This document shows positions 37,113-48,500 of a DNA stretch of 64,000 nt, in pieces. The position numbers and the translations under genes are program-made. The notes beneath the pieces are model-generated. The model did no database searches. It worked only from the letters and a program-made list of their open reading frames with translations, and was not told the origin of the DNA. The stretch's first letter is position 1; the number at the start of each line of letters is the position of its first letter. The stretch is from Macrostomum lignano (lineage: Eukaryota), in assembly GCA_002269645.1 (NCBI GenBank), contig NIVC01001517.1:132465-196464 (forward strand), given 5' to 3'.

Positions 37113-38410
37113 GATAGACACTCTGATGAGCAGTCACCTGTTAGACACTCTGATGAGCAGTCACCTGTTAGACACCCTGATGTGCAGTCACCTGTTAGAC
37201 ACTCTGATGTGCAGTCACCTGTTAGACACTCTGATGTGCAGTCACCTGTTAGACACTCTGATGAGCAGTCACCTGTTAGACACCCTGATGAGTAGTCACA
37301 TGTTAGACACTCTGATGAGCAGTCACCTGTTAGACACTCTGATGTGCAGTCACCTGTTAGACACTCTGATGAGCAGTCACCTGTTAGACACCCTGATGTG
37401 CAGTCACATGTTAGACACCCTGATGAGCAGTCACATGTTAGACACTCTGATGAGCAGTCACCTGTTAGACACTCTGATGTGCAGTCACCTGTTAGACACC
37501 CTGATGTGCAGTCACCTGTTAGACACTCTGATGAGCAGTCACCTGTTAGACACTCTGATGTGCAGTCACCTGTTAGACACCCTGATGTGCAGTCACCTGT
37601 TAGACACCCTGATGAGCAGTCACATGTTAGACACTCTGATGAGCAGTCACATGTTAGACACTCTGATGAGCAGTCACCTGTTATACACTCTGATGAGCAG
37701 TCACCTGTTAGACACTCTGATGTGCAGTCACCTGTTAGACACCCTGATGTGCAGTCACCTGTTAGACACCCTGATGAGCAGTCACATGTTAGACACTCTG
37801 ATGAGCAGTCACCTGTTAGACACTCTGATGAGCAGTCACCTGTTAGACACCCTGATGAGCAGTCACATGTTAGACACTCTGATGTGCAGTCACCTGTTAG
37901 ACACTCTGATGTGCAGTCACCTGTTAGACACTCTGATGAGCAGTCACCTGTTAGACACCCTGATGTGCAGTTACCTGTTAGACACTCTGATGTGCAGTCA
38001 CCTGTTAGACACCCTGATGTGCAGTCACATGTTAGACACCCTGATGAGCAGTCACATGTTAGACACTCTGATGAGCAGTCACCTGTTAGACACTCTGATG
38101 TGCAGTCACCTGTTAGACACCCTGATGTGCAGTCACCTGTTAGACACCCTGATGAGCAGTCACATGTTAGACACTCTGATGAGCAGTCACATGTTAGACA
38201 CTCTGATGAGCAGTCACCTGTTATACACTCTGATGAGTAGTCACCTGTTAGACACTCTGATGAGCAGTCACCTGTTAGACACTCTGATGAGCAGTCACCT
38301 GTTAGACACCCTGATGTGCAGTCACCTGTTAGACACCCTGATGAGCAGTCACCTGTTAGACACCCTGATGAGCAGTCACCTGTTAAACACTCTGATGTGC
38401 AGTCACCTAT
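37113..38410. repeat. 27-bp minisatellite (CAGTCACCTGTTAGACACTCTGATGWG)n, about 48 units
   Basis: Tandem units. A rare TTATACAC variant at 37681 and 38221 marks a 540-bp (20-unit) higher-order duplication. Confidence 0.97.
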
Positions 38411-38714
38411 CAGAAACAGGTGCATAAAAATACAACTTACCTTTAATGTTTTTGACAAAAGTACAGGTTTCAAGCTTTTATAGAATCAGATGTGGGCTCA
38501 GTCAAAACGAGTCACTTGAAACTCAAATCTCTCTGCTACTGCAATTTTTTCAGCACATCTGCGATTCAAAAGTTAGCAAACAAGTCGTTAGCAACTGAGG
38601 GGAAAGCTTGCCAATCCCTGTAGCAATTTGCATCTTTGTTGTTTAAGTTTGAGTCCAAATTTAACCGCTAGCCTCCCGAAATTCGTCTTTTCAAATTTCA
38701 AATTGATGAGGGTG

Positions 38715-39055
38715 TTAGGCGGTTGTGGTTTCGTCCATTCTGCAGGGTGTTAGACAGGCGGTTGTGGTTTTGTCCATTCTGCAGGGTGTTAGACAGATGG
38801 CTGTGTCCTTTCTGCAGGCTGTTAGACAGATGGCTGTGTCCTTTCTGCAGGCTGTTAGACAGATGGCTGTGTCTTCTGTGCAGGGTGTTAGACAGATGGC
38901 TGTGTCCTTGTCCTTCGTGCAGGGTGTTGGACAGATGGCTGTGTCCTTGTCCTTCGTGCAGGGTGTTAGACAGATGGCTGTGTGTGTCCATTCTGCAGGC
39001 GTTAGACAGATGGCTGTGTGTGTCCATTCTGCAGGCGTTAGACAGATGGCTGTGT
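38715..39055. repeat. 33-38-bp minisatellite, same family as 33225-33530
   Basis: Shared GCAGGGTGTTAGACAGATGGCTGTGTC core. Confidence 0.93.
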
Positions 39056-39754
39056 GGCGTCCCTGATCTTCTCATCAGGCAGTATACTCACTCAGGCTCT
39101 GCGCTTCACTGATTGCAGTCAGGAATCGAACCCGCGAGCTTCAGTGCGTGGGTGGTGTTGGACTCCGTGATGGGCTGAAGTTCGCATGAACTCAAACATT
39201 TCTATTTTAATAAATTTCTATTTTATTAACAGTTCCAAGTCCTTCGAGTCCTCCATCCGTGACCCGCGTGAATGCCCCACCCGCTGTGACCGGTAAGACT
39301 CAACAAGTCCCGGTGCATCCGCTCCCCGGCAACCCGAACTCTGAGCAAATCTGTTTAATAATTGGGATCTGCATTCTGCACTACTTAGAAGTAGTGAATC
39401 TTGCTATTTTTATTCGATATGAATACGATTTACAATTCACAAGAAGCACTCATTCTTAATTTTCAATATAATAACTGTTCAGATTTTATATTTGTAAGTT
39501 TTTAAGCTACATGTGTACTGTAGATTAAGATATGCATGGCACCCCAGTCTTCTTATACTATTTCATTTTTCAAACGCCCGCATTGCGTGTGTTTGGTTGG
39601 TCAAAGCTTATGGTTTCGACCATAGACGATAAGAACCCTTTAGGTCTTCCCATCGAATATTTAGTTCCATGCTCGCACTCACTTTCTACTAGCTTGAAAA
39701 ATGCTATACTATATGTTCATTGAGATGTACAGGATACCTACTCATAGCCTTCTT

Positions 39755-40190
39755 AAGCTACCATGTGTACATTAAGATGTACATTGTCGTTTTGAACTAC
39801 ACCATATGTACATTGAGATGTACATTGTACCTATAACCTTCTTGAACTACCATATGTACATTAAGATGTACATTGTATCTATAACCTTCTTGAACTACCA
39901 TATGTACATTAAGATGTACATTGTATCCATAACCTTCTTGAACTACCATATGTACATTAAGATGTACATTGTATCCATAACCTTCTTGAACTACCATGTG
40001 TACATTAAGATGTACATACTACCCCAGACTTCTTAAGCTACCATGTGTACATTAAGATGTACATTCTACCCCAGCCTTCTTAAGCTACCATGTGTACATT
40101 AAGATGTACATTCTACCCCAGCCTTCTTAAGCTACCATGTGTACATTAAGATGTACATTGTACCCATAACCTTCCTGAACTACCTTGAGT
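39755..40190. repeat. 42-48-bp minisatellite containing ATGTACAT-TAAG-ATGTACAT
   Basis: Tandem units seen directly. Confidence 0.93.
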
Positions 40191-40645
40191 ACATTGTGAA
40201 CTAAGTAAAAGACAGAAAATGTAAAAAATCATGTTTCTGCTTTCATATTTATTAGACAAATAAACCGCAGAAGTGAGCGAAAGCTGTGAAAATGTAGAAT
40301 TTCTATAAAACAGAGAATCTTTAGTTAATACAAAAACCAGACACAACATCCGTAAAAAAGACATTAAAAGTGAAACGCGAACAGAAACTCAGCAGAAGTG
40401 AACAACCTGGTCTAATATCTAGCTAGCTGTGAGGCTGGAGAAGAGTGAAAGTAAAAATTCTGTCTGTCATGCTGTGTGAAATGATTCGCAGGTGCAGCAG
40501 CAGGTTAGAGTTGGGGTCACCTTTTGGCACAGCGAGCTACCAGGTGCCGAATACAGAAGCTTTTTTTAAAAGTCATACTGGGGTTTTCGGTTCATGCAAA
40601 GCTCAATACTTCAGTTGTTGCAGTGTTAAATAAAATTAATTGTAG

Positions 40646-40906
40646 CAAAATCGGGAAAGAGAGGCAAGGCACAAAGCACTCATCGAACTCCAGTTAGTTA
40701 CAAAAAAACAACAGAGTTTTGGTACGCTTTTAGGCGGTCTAAAAATAACCAAAAATGGAACAGAAGCTGTGGAAACTGATAAGTTCCTAGAAAGCAGCCC
40801 AAAATCGATGCACAATAAAAGTTTTAAAAAAGCAGCAAAAAACAGAGACCATTGCGCCGCCTTGTGTGAATTGACAAAAGCAGAGTCAAGGCTGTCTAAG
40901 ATCTGA
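40646..40906 (+). CDS. candidate terminal exon, unidentified
   Basis: After ttgtag|, 86 open codons in AT-rich DNA (QNREREARHKALIELQLVTKKQQSFGTLLGGLK…ESRLSKI*). No family recognised. Confidence 0.3.
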   Translation, partial: QNREREARHKALIELQLVTKKQQSFGTLLGGLKITKNGTEAVETDKFLESSPKSMHNKSFKKAAKNRDHCAALCELTKAESRLSKI

Positions 40907-41364
40907 CCTTCTCCCTTAGTAGGTGGGGTTTGGAGGGGTCTGTGGGCTGGGTTTCTTTTTTGGGCCATACAGGGTTTTTTGGCCCCTTGAAAATCTCATT
41001 CGCAACTGGATTTTTGGCATCAAAGGCCAATCTGGCAACTTCATTTTCCCAGTGCCAGTTGCCCATTTTAAAAAATGATTTTGTAAGTGTAATTTTTTAG
41101 TTATGGGTTTAAGGGATATTTATATTTATTAAAAATGGCTCAAAAACTAAGTTGCAAAATCAACAATGTCAATAACAAGTCCCAGACAGTCTTATTCCCG
41201 CAGTCATATAGTGCATACATGTTTTATGAGCCTTGGAAATATCAATATCTATCCTCGATAATTTGGCTAGTTGCCAATGGGCAACCAAAAATAAGCATTG
41301 GCAACTGGATTTTGAGCCCCAAGGGCCAGCTGGCAAATGGACTTCCAACGTTAAAAACCCAGTC

Positions 41365-42100
41365 TGTGGGGGCTTTGAGGGGTTTGTGGGGGTTTGGAAA
41401 GGTCTGTGAGGGGTTTGATGGGTTTGTGGGGGATTTGAGGGGTCTGTGGGGGTTGGGGGGGGTTTGTGGGGGTTGGAGGGTCTGTGGGGTTGGAGGGTCT
41501 GTGGGGTTGGAGGGTCTGTGGAGATCGGAGGGTCTGTGGGGTTGGAGGGTCTGTGGGGGTTGGAGGGTCTTTGGGGGTTGGAGGGTCTGTGGGGGTTGGA
41601 GGGTCTTTGGGGGTTGGAGGGTCTGTGGGGGTTGAAGGGTCTGTGGGGGTTGAAGGGTCTGTGGAGATCGGAGGGTATGTGGGGTTGGAGGGTCTGTGGG
41701 GTTGGAGGGTCTGTGGGGTTGGAGGGTCTGTGGGATTGGAGGGTCTGTGGATATCGGAGGGTCTGTGGGGGTTGGAGGGACTGTGGGGGTTGGAGGGTCT
41801 GTGGGGGTTGGAGGGTCTGTGGGGGTTGGAGGGTCTGTGAGGTTGGAGGGTCTGTGGGGGGTTAGAGGGTTTGTGGTGGGTCGGAGGGTCTGTGGGGTTG
41901 GAGAGTTTGTGGGGGTTGGAGGGTCTGTGGGGGTTGGAGGGTCTGTGGGGGTAGGAGGGTCTGTGGGGGTTGGAGGGTCTGTGGGGGTTGGAGGGTTTGT
42001 GGTGGGTTGGAGGGTCTGTGGGGGTTGGAGGGTTTGTGGTGGGTTGGAGGGTCTGTGGGGTTGGATAGTCTGTGGGGGTTGGAGGGTCTGTGGGGGTTTA
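41365..42100. repeat. 17-18-bp G-rich minisatellite (GGGTTGGAGGGTCTGTG[G])n
   Basis: Tandem units with repeated GGG tracts. Confidence 0.95.
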
Positions 42101-42303
42101 TAGAGGTATTATTAAACATCTAGTAAGATCTTAAAGCTTTAAAAAGTGGCTGAGTGAGAACTCGCCACCCACGTATCTGAACCCATGAAGTCCCTTGATG
42201 TTCCAGCAGAGCAGCAAACCAAACGGTGAAAAAGCGGCAAAAATCTGGGGGGGGAGGCACAAGCGAAAAGGAACAGTCAGCAGGCAGCAGCCCCAGGGCA
42301 GCC

Positions 42304-42546
42304 CTACTTGGTGCTGGGAATGTGCAGCCCCAGTCCGCGCGGTCCCATGCGGTCGGTCCGCTCCGCTTCGTGCAGCTCGAAGGCCAGCGAGCGCTGCCGC
42401 TCGGAGCGGAACGTGTCCAGCCGCGACCGGGCGCTGCGCTCGAAGCGTGGCATCTTCCACAGCGAGGCGGAGGCGTGCTGCTCGGCTGGCAGCAGGTACG
42501 ACCGCAGCATGGAGGCCCGGGTCTCGTATGGCTGGCACATCAGCGG
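42304..42546 (-). CDS. CFAP77: CFAP77-like ciliary protein, exon 5 (terminal)
   Basis: Acceptor gcccgcag|CCG (phase 0). PLMCQPYETRASMLRSY…LWKMPRFERSARSRLDTF…RMG…* resembles the CFAP77/C9orf171 C-terminus (YETRSSQLR…LWHMPHF…HLDTF). TAG at 42304-42306. Confidence 0.85.
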   Translation of the reverse strand, partial: PLMCQPYETRASMLRSYLLPAEQHASASLWKMPRFERSARSRLDTFRSERQRSLAFELHEAERTDRMGPRGLGLHIPSTK

Positions 42547-42842
42547 CTGCGGGCATCGGGGGGCGGAGGGGCGGTGACCGCGGTAATCAGGTCCGCGCGA
42601 TTCTCTAAAGCACGGAGTGAGCAGAGGCCTGATAATGAGCACTCTCAGGGAGCGGTTCACCCCGTGTGTACGTGCTCGGGCAGGTAACACTGGAGACATA
42701 TAACATGGAAGTGACGCTACTTTAAAAGTGCGTCCCTTGTGGACCAGCTCATGGCTGCGGGCTAGAGGAGGAGACGAAAGCAGAAGAAATAGAAGAGAGA
42801 TAAGGAAAGAAGAGATGAGAGATGAGGATGGACATTAACCTC

Positions 42843-42990
42843 GGGGCCGTAGCCTGGTGATGTGCCGGCGGCCCAAGGCTCGATTCCGAGTGTAGTCTCA
42901 TAAAATTGTGGCTAAATTGGTCCTGGAATTAACACCCTTGAGATCCAACCCCCAAGGCGCATTGAAGTGTACATGCCTAACGATAAATAA
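42843..42990 (+). mobile_element. possible degenerate tRNA-derived SINE in CFAP77 intron 4
   Basis: GGGGCCGTAGCCTGGTG (A-box-like) and GGCTCGATTCC (B-box-like). No cloverleaf and no TSD found. Confidence 0.3.
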
Positions 42991-43426
42991 AGTTAGGGCC
43001 GCTGTACACTCCTGTGTGAGTGCAGTGCATAGGTATCCGCGCGCTTGTGTGCCTGCTTAGGGGAGTAATGCCTCTCTCTCCGATTGTGTTACAATGTCGC
43101 TTTTACAATGGCGCGCCAGGACCCGCCTCTGATAAAAATGGACTTAAATCTTTGATAAAGGACCAAAGGGCCGGATAGAGAAGCTTCGCGGGCTGGAGTT
43201 TGCCGACGGAGAAGCCTCACAGTCTGCTCAGGACTCATTCAGCAATTAAATTGACGCCTCGTTCTGTGACGCGCCATCAGTGTGAGATAGCATTTGGTAA
43301 TTTAGTAAAAACAGGTTCGCTTGAGCTCACAACAACTATGGAGCACGGAGCTAGCGGTGTTAAAACGAGTTTTTCCATCATAGACAAACTTCCAAAGCAT
43401 TGTTTTTTTCCCAGCTGCTTTCTCAC

Positions 43427-43532
43427 CTTCTTGGGCGTGGCGGCCGCCCTGGCCTGGTTCCCGCTGACCTGATCCCGGATCCAGTCGTTTTGGAACTTGT
43501 AGGCGATCAGCTCATGGATTGGCGTGGACGGC
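43427..43532 (-). CDS. CFAP77: CFAP77-like exon 4
   Basis: Acceptor aaccgcag|G, (R)PSTPIHELIAYKFQNDWIRDQ…PKK, donor |gtgaga. Contains the RPSTP motif. Confidence 0.87.
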
Positions 43533-43603
43533 CTGCGGTTCCGTGGCGGGGGTAGCGGTGATGAAGGAAGCTGCGTCTGCATACATGGGAGGACTGTCTA
43601 CAG

Positions 43604-43848
43604 CTGTTCCCAACTCCCTCTCACCTGTTTCCAACTCCCTCTCACCTCCCAACTCCCTCTCACCTGTTCCCAACTCCCTCTCACCTGTTCCCAACTCCCT
43701 CTCACATGTTCCCAACTCCCCTCTCACCTGTTCCCAACTCCCCTCTCACCTGTTTCCAACTCCCTCTCACATGTTCCCAACTCCCTCTCACCTGTTCCCA
43801 ACTCCCTCTCACCTGTTCCCAACCCCCCTCTCACCTGTTCCCAACTCC
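43604..43848 (-). repeat. 21-22-bp minisatellite made of the CFAP77 exon 3/intron 3 junction (GGAGTTGGGAACAG|GTGAGAG)
   Basis: Eleven GTGAG copies: the genuine donor at 43834 plus ten downstream copies. Confidence 0.93.
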
Positions 43849-44093
43849 GTGCGCGGCATCCACAGGCGCGCGGCTGGTGGCAGCCCCAGTGCCGGAGGCG
43901 CGGCGGTCCCGCTCGGGCTGCTTCCGGTAGTCGTGCATCGCCCGGAAGTCGCGGTTCTCCCGCATGGTGGCGTAGCCGCTGCGGGCGGCGTCCCGGTTGA
44001 GCGACACGAAGTCCTTGGGCTGCTGCTTGGGGCGGCTTAGCAGCGATGAGGAGCCCGCGTTGGCTGCCACGGGAGCGTCGGTCCAAGAAAAGG
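43835..44093 (-). CDS. CFAP77: CFAP77-like exon 3
   Basis: Acceptor ctaaacccgccaaccag| (phase 1). (A)FSW…KDFVSLNRDAARSGYATMRENRDFRAMHDYR…HGVGN(R) resembles the CFAP77 core. Donor AG|gtgaga (phase 2). Confidence 0.87.
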
Positions 44094-44181
44094 CTGGTTG
44101 GCGGGTTTAGAGAGTTTGCAATGTGACCAATTTGTCATTAAACATTCCTTATAGTTTTGATTTGACTTGTTATTGACCTAC

Positions 44182-44278
44182 CTTTCGGCAGTGCACTGTG
44201 GTCCCTGGCGGTGCTGATGCCCATGGTCATATTTGGTGGGAAGTGATGGCAGTGGGTCTTCGCTCGGGCCAGCTGCGA
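44182..44278 (-). CDS. CFAP77: CFAP77-like exon 2
   Basis: Acceptor taattttag|, SQLARAKTHCHHFPPNMTMGISTARDHSALPK, donor G|gtaggt. Phases match both neighbours. Confidence 0.8.
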
Positions 44279-45111
44279 CTAAAATTAATTATTGTGAGAT
44301 TGGATTGGCTAAATCTGGGATTAAGAAAGTAAACAGTTTAGTTCATTGTTAAAACATTAAATGCTTAGAATTGATATACCACAGATGGCTTATTTGTTCA
44401 ATTTATATTATAATGATGTTACTTTTGGAAAAGCCTTGAAGATTTTAACAAAAAATAAATATCTATGCTTGATAAATTTCTAATGATATTCATACTTGAG
44501 TGGAAAATTTCATGTTTTACTACAATTTATAGACACTTAGTCTAAGTGGAGCAGAAATATAATTATATCTTTGTATGTTAGCAAAAATAAACACTGTATG
44601 CCACTTTTTTGTAGTAAAAAATAGTCTAAAAAATTTCCATTGCAATCAGACAATTGTAATTTTTTAAAATCACCAAAGCGAGTGGTCGCTCTGGATAAAA
44701 AAGTTCCAGAAAAATTAAAAGTACAAGTATTGACTATGATATTTTTTCAATAAAAATAAACTCAAAAGTGAAAACTAATTTTAATTCTTTATTAAACAGA
44801 GTGACCTAAATTTATTGATGAGGCATGCAGATGTAGCATGCACATTGTTTTTTTAAGATTTCATAATTATGAGAGGCACAGCAAATTAATTTTTTATTGC
44901 AACCATGAAAATCTAAAACAAGAATGGCTTTCAAAAGTATTTGTGCTAGCGAAAAAACTAATAAAAGCTCACAGCTGTCTAGGCTAAACCCAGGTCAAAC
45001 CAGTTTCAACAGTAGATAAGCAAGTAAATTTACACTAGAGTGACTAGATATTTAGTTGACGGCCAGTGGCTCGCTACTAGTACAATACAGCATTTGCTCG
45101 TAAAGTCTTAC

Positions 45112-45204
45112 TCTTTGATGTATCTCATTTTCCAGCATTGTCGGACGCTTATCGCCTAATACACCTGTCGCAGTATAGGTGTATCTGTCCACTGCCGCCG
45201 CCAT
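45112..45204 (-). CDS. CFAP77: CFAP77-like exon 1
   Basis: ATG at 45204, MAAAVDRYTYTATGVLGDKRPTMLENEIHQR, donor |gtaaga. The five exons total 798 nt = 265 aa + stop with all phases consistent. Confidence 0.78.
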
Positions 45205-45520
45205 TCTCTATGCAAACGTGTTGAATTGAAAGGAGAAATAAATGTCAGGCACAAAAAGTAAAGGCAGTAAGAGTAGGCTTTTAATATTCTGGAATCACAG
45301 ACCCATGTTGAATTCTCGAGAAAATATCCCTAGGCAATTAATATTTTACACATATTAAGGCCCCTAATACAATATTAAGTACTTAAGTACGAAAACCCTA
45401 ACGTTTTCTAGGAGAAGAAAAACTTACGTTTTTACGCAAAACGCATTAGTAAGCTACCGACGTACTAGAATTTGTTTTAGTCTTAGATAAAATATACATA
45501 ACCCGGCATTAAGTCCTTCT

Positions 45521-48500
45521 TCTAAATATACTAAATCTCTAAGGTTTGTTTGTATGCTTGCTTGTCCATAACGCTCTAGAGATTGCAATTCTTGACCGAT
45601 TTCCAATATACTAAAAATCAAAACTATGTACCTACCTACCTACCTATCTATCTATAGGAACCTTCGTTTAACTTAATTGACTTTGCGTGGTCCGAATTTC
45701 GTGGGGTTTGCTGCATTCGATGCGTATTTATGGTGCGCTGGTACACAAAATTTTGCTAAGAAATTGCTTAAATTTTTCGGGATTAAATATTCGAAAAACT
45801 CGATTTTTTGCCCCGTTTTTTTAAGTTCAAACAGTTTTTTCCGATTGAGAAGCGTTCTGACTGCCGATGGAATTGTATTGCACCATAACTCAGTGCCAAC
45901 TATAGCATTGGTTCTCTACACTGGCGTGGAAAGCTACAAGCGTTGAAAGGTTGCGCAACACCTTTAAGTTATTGAAATTGGGAGGAGGGTGTCGCTATTC
46001 AATTTGTCCTGGGCATTGCTTGGTTGTTAATTTCAATGCATCAACTTGCAGGCCTCTCACTGTAGCTGGCGCTGAATGTACACCTTATGAATTTGAATGC
46101 TTTAAAGCAGGAATGTTTAATCGTTGTTTGTGCTTCGAGTTTTTCGCTTTCAGAAGAGAGCCTTGTATTGCTGGAAAGAGCTAGAAACGCTGAGTTCGAG
46201 AATATAATTTGTTTGCAGAGATTCGAAAAATTAAAAGCACAGCATTAAAAAGAATATATTTTTATACTTTTTACTGTATATACTGATTGTACGCTCTCTC
46301 ATATCGCAAACCCCTACTTATCGCAACTCCACAATTTAAGCCAGCTATTGAATTTAGATTTAGATTGCGTAACCATATTGTTGACTTTAATTGTTGACTT
46401 TATTAATTGAAACTGATATTGACCGCCTGAGAAATTGATTGATTATGTCATAACTGCTTCGAGTGATTTCTACTCTATGCTTGGAGTTTTCAAAGTGTTG
46501 AAATATATAATTGCTAAAATTCATGTTATCAAAACGATAAGAGCTAGCATAGAAGTGAACAGACTGAACTGCTAATGCAGTGACGTGGGTTCAAATTTTT
46601 GAGTGTTAAAGTTTTTTATTAAAAATTTTAATTTCAAGACAGTTAAAGGAAACTTAAAAAAACGTCAGGTAAATTAGGTAAAAGAGAAGAAGCTACGAGC
46701 GTTCATGTAGTATATTCAAAAATTTTATTTAACTTTAAATTTTGAAAAGTTTTAAAAAGGACTATTCCAATAGATAAGAAATTAATTATTGTAATAGCTG
46801 ACGAAATTGTTTCACAATCTTGCTGGGGGTACTTTCTATCAGGGGATGCTTGCTATCGGAAGGACGCTTGCTTTTGGGAATGCTTGCTCGGGGGAGATTG
46901 CTAACTGGGGGAATCACTGAGATGTCAAGGCTTGGCGGAGAAATTCCTGAGATGTCAAGTCTTAGAGGGAGGGAGGGAATTGCTGAGATGTCAAGGCTTC
47001 GGGGGAATCACTGAGATGTCAAGGCTTCGGGGGAATCACTGAGATGTCAAGGCTTGGTAGGGAAATTCCTGAGACGTCAAGTCTCAGAGGGGGGGAATTG
47101 CTGAGATGTCAAGTCTTAGAGGGGGGGGGAATTGCTGGGATGTCAAGTCTTAGAGGGGGGAATTGCTGAGATGTCAAGTCTTAGAGGGGGGAATTGCTGA
47201 GATGTCAAGTCTTAGAGGGGGGGGAATTGCTGAGATGTCAAGTCTTAGAGGGAGGGAGGGAATTGCTGAGATGTCAAGGCTTCGGGGGAATCACTGAGAT
47301 GTCAAGGCTTTGGACGGTTAGAAATCGCTAAGATTTCAAGAGTTACTGAGGGAATTACTGAGATGTCAATGCTTAAGAGGGACTTGCTGAGATGCCAAGG
47401 CTTGGTGGGGAAATTCCTGAGATGTCAAGTCTTGGGGGGGGGAATTGCTGAGATGCCAAGGCTTGAGGGCGAATTGCTGAGATGTGAAGGCTTGGGGGAA
47501 TTTCCGAGATGTCAATGCTTGGTGGGGAAATTCCTGAGAAGTCAAGTCTTAGAAGGGGGAATCTGTGAGATATCAAGTCTAAGGGGGGGGGGGAATTGCT
47601 GAGATGTGAAGGCTTGGGGGAATTTCCGAGATGTCAATGCTTGGTGGGGAAATTCCTGAGAAGTCAAGTCTTAGAAAGGGGAATCTGTGAGATATCAAGT
47701 CTAAGGGGGGGGGAATTGCTGAGATGTGAAGGCTTGGGGGAATTTCTGAGATGTCAAAATCTTAGGGAAGGGAATTGCAGAGATTTCAAGTCCTGAGGGC
47801 GAATTGCTGAGATGTCATGTCTTTGGGGGGAATTCTATGGATTGGGGATTCTTTGAATGAGGGAGGGGTGCTTCTAATATATATATTTGGATAGTGATTC
47901 ATTGGGGAATTCCTTCTTTGGGGGATTATTATTTCGATGGAGGGTTCTTTGAATGGGGGATTCTTTAGATGAAGGCTTCTTTCTATAGAGTGATCCTTTG
48001 GATATGAGATTATTTGGGGGGGGGGTTCTTTATGAGGGGATTCTTTGGATGGGGAGTATTTCGACGGTGGTTCTTTAGATGAGGGGATTCTTTGGCCAAG
48101 GATTCTTTTGATGGGGGATTTTTTGAATGGGAGATTCTTAAGAGGGGGAGTCTTTGGATAGGGATGAATGGGGGATTCTTTGGATAGGGATGGATGGGGG
48201 TTCTTTGGATAGGGATGGATGGGGGGTTCTTTGGATAGGGATGGATGGGGGGTTCTTTGGATAGGGATGGATGGGGGGTTCTTTGGATAGGGATGGATGG
48301 GGGGTTCTTTGGATGAGGGATTCTTTGGACGGGGATTCTGTGGAGTTCAAGTCTTAGGGGGGGGGATTGCTGAGATGTCAACGCTTTTGACTGGGAGAAA
48401 TTTTTAAGATGTAAAGGAATACATCTACTGTATTCTGAGATATTACTGAGATATTACTGAGGCAATTACTGAGATATAAAGGCTTACTGGGTGAATTACT

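Noticed and set aside
37088-38473. 461-aa Cys-rich GDCSSECLT repeat protein (antifreeze- or metallothionein-like)
   Set aside because: The 27-bp unit leaves three frames open. The common unit variants are all non-synonymous in the Cys frame, so there is no sign of coding constraint.
39110-39180. tRNA gene on the minus strand (GGTTCGATTCC)
   Set aside because: Only a B-box; no acceptor, D or anticodon stems could be formed.
40968-41360. hAT-like MITE (CAGGGTTTTTT…AAAAACCCAG, GGCAACT subrepeats)
   Set aside because: TIR mismatch at the terminus and no 8-bp TSD.
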